A stretch of DNA of 64,000 nucleotides from NCBI GenBank assembly GCA_043228905.1, contig JBHGNT010000020.1, forward strand, positions 2,418,001 through 2,482,000, given 5' to 3'. The stretch is from Azolla caroliniana (lineage: Eukaryota; Plantae; Polypodiophyta). The notes beneath the pieces are model-generated. The model was not told the origin of the DNA and ran no database searches. It saw nothing but the letters and a program-made list of their open reading frames with translations. Shown piece by piece: positions 59,750 to 64,000 of this stretch. A program made the position numbers and the translations under genes. The first letter of the stretch is position 1; the number at the start of each line of letters is the position of its first letter.

Positions 59750-60938
59750 GTTGCACACTATGTGGAAATTATATTTTTGTCCCTCCGGATAGAGAATGGA
59801 GTGCTCGGTGAGAACCGGAAGGAGGAAAAACGGCATACCGGCAAGGAGGAAAACGGCATACCGGCAAGGAGGAAAAACGGCATACCGGCAAGGAAGAAAA
59901 CGGCATACCGGCAAGGAAGAGCCGGATAAAGAGACGTAAATGTAAAAAAAAAAGGAAATACTCACTACTACGCAGGGCGTGATTCGAACTCTGCACCTCC
60001 ACGTTGACAAACCCCAACCTTACCATTACATTAACTTATCTTAAGTGTTTTAAATATAGATTTAATACGTATAAGACCTTTATTTATGCATACCTTTATT
60101 AAAAGGTAAATCGTGTATTTTTTAATATATGAAAAAGAAAAACACGAGACACTAAAAATAACTCATGCACATCTAGCGTGCATGAGCCCTATACTTAGGA
60201 AATAAAAAAGCATCACATGCACATTTAGTGGACATGAACACTTTTTGTAAAAAAAAAAAAGCATGAAGCCATGCTTAGCTCTTCTTTCCTTATATAAGGA
60301 GGAGAGAAATATGTAAAGGGTTGTTGATTATTTGGATTAAGTATTAATCAATACAAAATTTATTCGTGGGATTCACGATTTATACATCTACTTCTCTCTT
60401 AACACCCTAAGTACCAATTAATATAGTATACTCGTGTGATTCACGAGTTTCTTATCTTTCTCTTTGCTATTTACTCATAATTAATCTCTATCTCACGAAC
60501 TTCTTTCTCCTAGTCCAAGACCTCTGTGGTTCCCACCCGACTCACGCAACGATCGGAGCCGAAAGGCACGACAACGCTGATCTACCCACCTGAAGAACCT
60601 CGTGAAGAGATACGGGTACAATGAATACATGGCGCACCATTATGCGTACATGACGCGAGTGGCAGAAGTGCGTGAGTGGGGGAGCTACGCAGAAGCGGCG
60701 AAAGACGCAAATTGGCGTGCCGCAATGGAGGAAGAGATGCGCGCTTTAACGCAGAATGAGACGTGGGACCTGGTTGACGCACCAAAGGGTGTGAAGCCGA
60801 TTGGATGTAGGTGGGTGTACAAGGTCAAGTACAACACTGACAACTCTGTCAACCACCATAAGGCCCGTTTAGTTGCAAAAGGCTACACGCAGAAGCACGA
60901 CGTGGACTACGATGAGACCTTCACGCCTGTCGCGAAGC

Positions 60939-63900
60939 TGTCAAGAACAGTACTAAGATAGAGAAGGAATTAGTACTAAAAGAAGTATTAGTACTGAGAG
61001 GTGAAGAACTCTCGAGAGAAGGAATAAGTGAGCGAGAGGGAGGGAGAGAGAGATCGAGAGAGAGAGAGAGAGTGATGTAAGAAAAAAAATATATTATGTG
61101 AAGAAAATGTACAGTAGCTAGGAGGCTTAAGACTGGCGTTGAACCGATTTGGTTCGAAATAATGCCTTGTGCCTCCTTTTATAGTGTTCTAAGGAATACT
61201 CCTGAAGTTTCTAAATGTTCTAGAGAAATCTGGAATATACATCAATTTTCTATAATAAAACATAAATGAAAATAATATTTTACGTATTACAATGTATAGT
61301 CTAATGGTCAAGAGCTCGACCCATGTAGCATAAGGTCATGGGTTCGAGTCTTGCCATATCATGACACTATCCTCCCTTTAAAACGACGAGTGTAACGAGT
61401 CGTTTTGGATTGAGGACCCGGTTTGTCTAGATATTGACGTTGGAAGTCTTCAAGAAGAGCACGAGCATTGGTGACATTCTCTATCGGTTCCCAAGTACGT
61501 TCGCTGGGACTATATCATAGCCAATAGACTAGATAGTAGAGCTTGTTGCGAACAAGCTTGGAATCAAGGATGTCGGCAACCTCGTACTCAGGTCCATCTT
61601 CAAGCTCGATCGGTGGTGGAGGTTGTGTAATACGTCCTGGGATGGTGCTCTCTTGATAGGGTTCGAGGAGAGAACTATGAAACACCGGATGTATCCGAAG
61701 TTGTGGAGGTAGATCAAGACGAAAAGCGACATCATTAATCTTTCCTATAATACGGAAAGGACCTAATCGCCGATAATCCAACTTCTCGCATGGGCGAGTA
61801 GTCTTGATGTGTCGTCGGAGTAGCCATACCCGATCTCCAATGTTAAAACTAGATGGGAATCGATGACGATCCACATAAACCTTGTGTGTTTGTTGAGCTT
61901 GTTGGAGATGAGTAGATAAATCCTCTTGTATCTTGCGTAACCTCTCCAAATGATCCTCTGCGCAAGGATTTGTGGACACCTCTGGGGTTTCAAGTACACA
62001 CCACCGGGGGTGACATCCCGTATAAGCATAAAATGGCGTAACTTTAGTGGATGTGTGGATAGAATTGTTATAGGCAAATTCGGCGAAGTGGAGAATATCT
62101 GCCCAGTCATCCTGATGATAGCTGAGAAGGCACCGCAGATATTGCTCCAGTGTTTGATTGGTTCGTTCGACTTGGCCGTTAGTTTGTGGGTGGTAGCCGG
62201 AGGAGAGGTTACAAGTGACCTTGAGCATGTTAAAAAGGTGCTTCCAGAATTTTGACACGAACTGGGGTCCACGGTCGCTGATGATACTATCGGGAAGTTC
62301 ATGATGCCGACATACTTCACGCATGACAATTTCGGCAGTGTCTTCACTGGAGATCTCCTTACTACATGGCAAGAAATGAGCCATCTTGGTATATCGATCG
62401 ACCACCGTTAGAATCGCATTGAACCCCTTAGAGACTGGAAGATCTGTGATGAAGTCTAGAGCAATGGATTGCCACGGCTTGTTTGGAATTGGTAATGGTT
62501 CTAATAAACCATATGGATGATGCCTTGGCATTTTTCCTCTGCAACATGTATCACAAGTCCGAACAAAATCCTCGACAAATTGTGGCATACAGGGCCACCA
62601 GAATGATCGTTGTACTAAATGTAATGTTTTAGTACTACCAAAATGCCCAATTGTATATGTGTCATGACAATTTTGTACTACTTGAAGGTGGCAAAAACCA
62701 TTAGGAACATACAAAAGTTCTTTAAAGAAGAGTAATCCATCATGGTATTTAAATTGCCGATAGTCCGTACCTGGTGGTTGCGACTGTGAACACGACGCTC
62801 GAGAGGGATCAATTTGTGCTAGTATAGCTTGGGCGAACGCATCTGTCTTCAAGTCTTCGCGTATGGTATCGATAACGCGGGAATCCATGGGCATGTCAAA
62901 GATCTGTGTTGCTTGTTGTCGTGCCGATCCCAAGATGACTTGTTTTTGGTTATCGAAAGCTGGCTCGCCGGGACGGGGTGCTAGATACGAACGCTGTGAT
63001 AATGCATCTGCCTTCCCTTGGTGCTTCCCCGGACGATATGTAATTTTGAAGTCGAAACGCGTGAGGAAGTGGGCCCACCGAGCTTGACGTCGATTCAACA
63101 CACGAGCATCCTGAAAGTAGGCAAGGTTCTTGTGGTCACTAAATACGGTGACCGGATGAGAGGATCCCTCCAGAAAATGCCTCCATTGCATAAAAAAATC
63201 CACTATTGCCAATAGCTCCTTATCATGAATTTCGTAGTTGATTTCGGTGGCGTCAAACTTGCGTGAGTGAAAAGGCACAGGATGTAGCTTCTCATCATTC
63301 CCCTGTTGTGATAGAATGCTCCCCAATGCAAAATCCGATGCGTCAGCTTCGATAATGAATGGTTTTTCCGGATCGATATGAGCTAGAATTGGAGCCGATG
63401 TAAATGCCTTTTTAAGACTCTCGAAAGCCATGCCCGTTTCTTCAGACCAGATGAACGGTTGTCCCTTCCTGGTAAGTTGTGTGAGAGGTAGAACGATCTT
63501 TGAGTAATCTTGTATGAACTTCCGGTAAAAATTGGCAAAGCCTAGGAAGCATTGCACATCCCGAACCGAACGCGGAGACTACCATTCTACCACTGTTTTG
63601 ACCTTAGCTGGGTCCATGGAGATGCCTTCTGACGAAATGATGTAGCCGAGAAATTCCACTTGGTTGCACCCGAAACTACATTTTTCCAGCTTTGCATACA
63701 AACCATGTTCTCGAAGTTGTTTTAGTACTAATAGTACATGAGAATCGTATTATTCTTGGGTCTTTGAATAAACCATTAGATCATCCAAATAGATGATCAA
63801 ACAATCATCCAATAGATCTCGGAATATATCATTAGCCATGTGCTGGAAGACTGCCGACGCATTAGTGAGGCTTAATGGCATGACCGTATACTTGAAGTGC

Positions 63901-64000
63901 CCATATCTGGTGCGAAACGCGGTCTTCCATTCGTCTCTTGGTCGGATTCGTACGAGGTTATATGCTCCCCGTAAGTCGATCTTCGTGAAGAACCTGGCAC
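60939..64000 (-). mobile_element. Family-T Tcn1-like chromovirus, 3' LTR (60939-61366) and pol running off the window end
   Basis: ORF 61515-63557 covers RNase H, integrase and the chromodomain start. RT YLDD lies near 63785. PPT at 61367-61380. LTR homologous to 22339-22761. Confidence 0.93.

Larger units (their letters stand above)
53210..60573 (+). mobile_element. Full-length family-P (Phygy-like non-chromovirus Ty3/gypsy) element; LTRs 53210-54069 and 59737-60573
   Basis: Near-identical LTRs with TGTCGT...ACGACA ends, TSD ACGC/ACGC, PBS 54074-54091, PPT GGAGGGGGCGAG. Order gag-PR / RT-RH-IN, no chromodomain. Confidence 0.96.
50370..60938 (+). mobile_element. Ty1/copia element (same family as 7657-15292): 5' LTR to 50762, iMet PBS 50763-50774, decayed gag-pol; hosts the full-length family-P element and a family-T insertion
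   Basis: TGGTATCAGAGC PBS, gag MGSSLPTEKLDKSNY, zinc knuckle CWYYGKKGHKESEC, IHSDVWG and RT KPIGCRWVYKVK. LTR start is approximate. Confidence 0.88.

Overview
Eukaryotic plant genomic DNA, most consistent with a non-seed land plant (moss, liverwort or lycophyte-type retroelement content; this is inference). A two-gene island at about 33.9-41.9 kb holds a conserved membrane-anchored, methyltransferase-like protein (+, 4 coding exons) and a DCD/B2-domain protein (-, 5 coding exons). Nested LTR-retrotransposon blocks lie on both sides. Element families: (P) a non-chromovirus Ty3/gypsy family with a tRNA-Trp PBS, present as one full-length copy (53210-60573), a Gag-only non-autonomous derivative, partial copies and solo LTRs; (T) a Tcn1-like chromovirus, one full-length copy (22339-27996) and two partial copies; (C) a third LTR family with a long extra 3' ORF; and several decayed Ty1/copia elements. 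Most notable observations: (1) antisense tRNA-like A-box/B-box cassettes in the U3 of every P-type and T-type LTR; (2) P-type insertions leave 4-bp target duplications centred on CpG; (3) the P-family U5 end is a condensed antisense mirror of its tRNA-Trp primer; (4) -1 frameshift signals with a pseudoknot or hairpin in both gypsy families; (5) Tf1-like self-priming complementarity in family T. All boundaries were read by eye, and lineage names come from motif recognition, not database searches.
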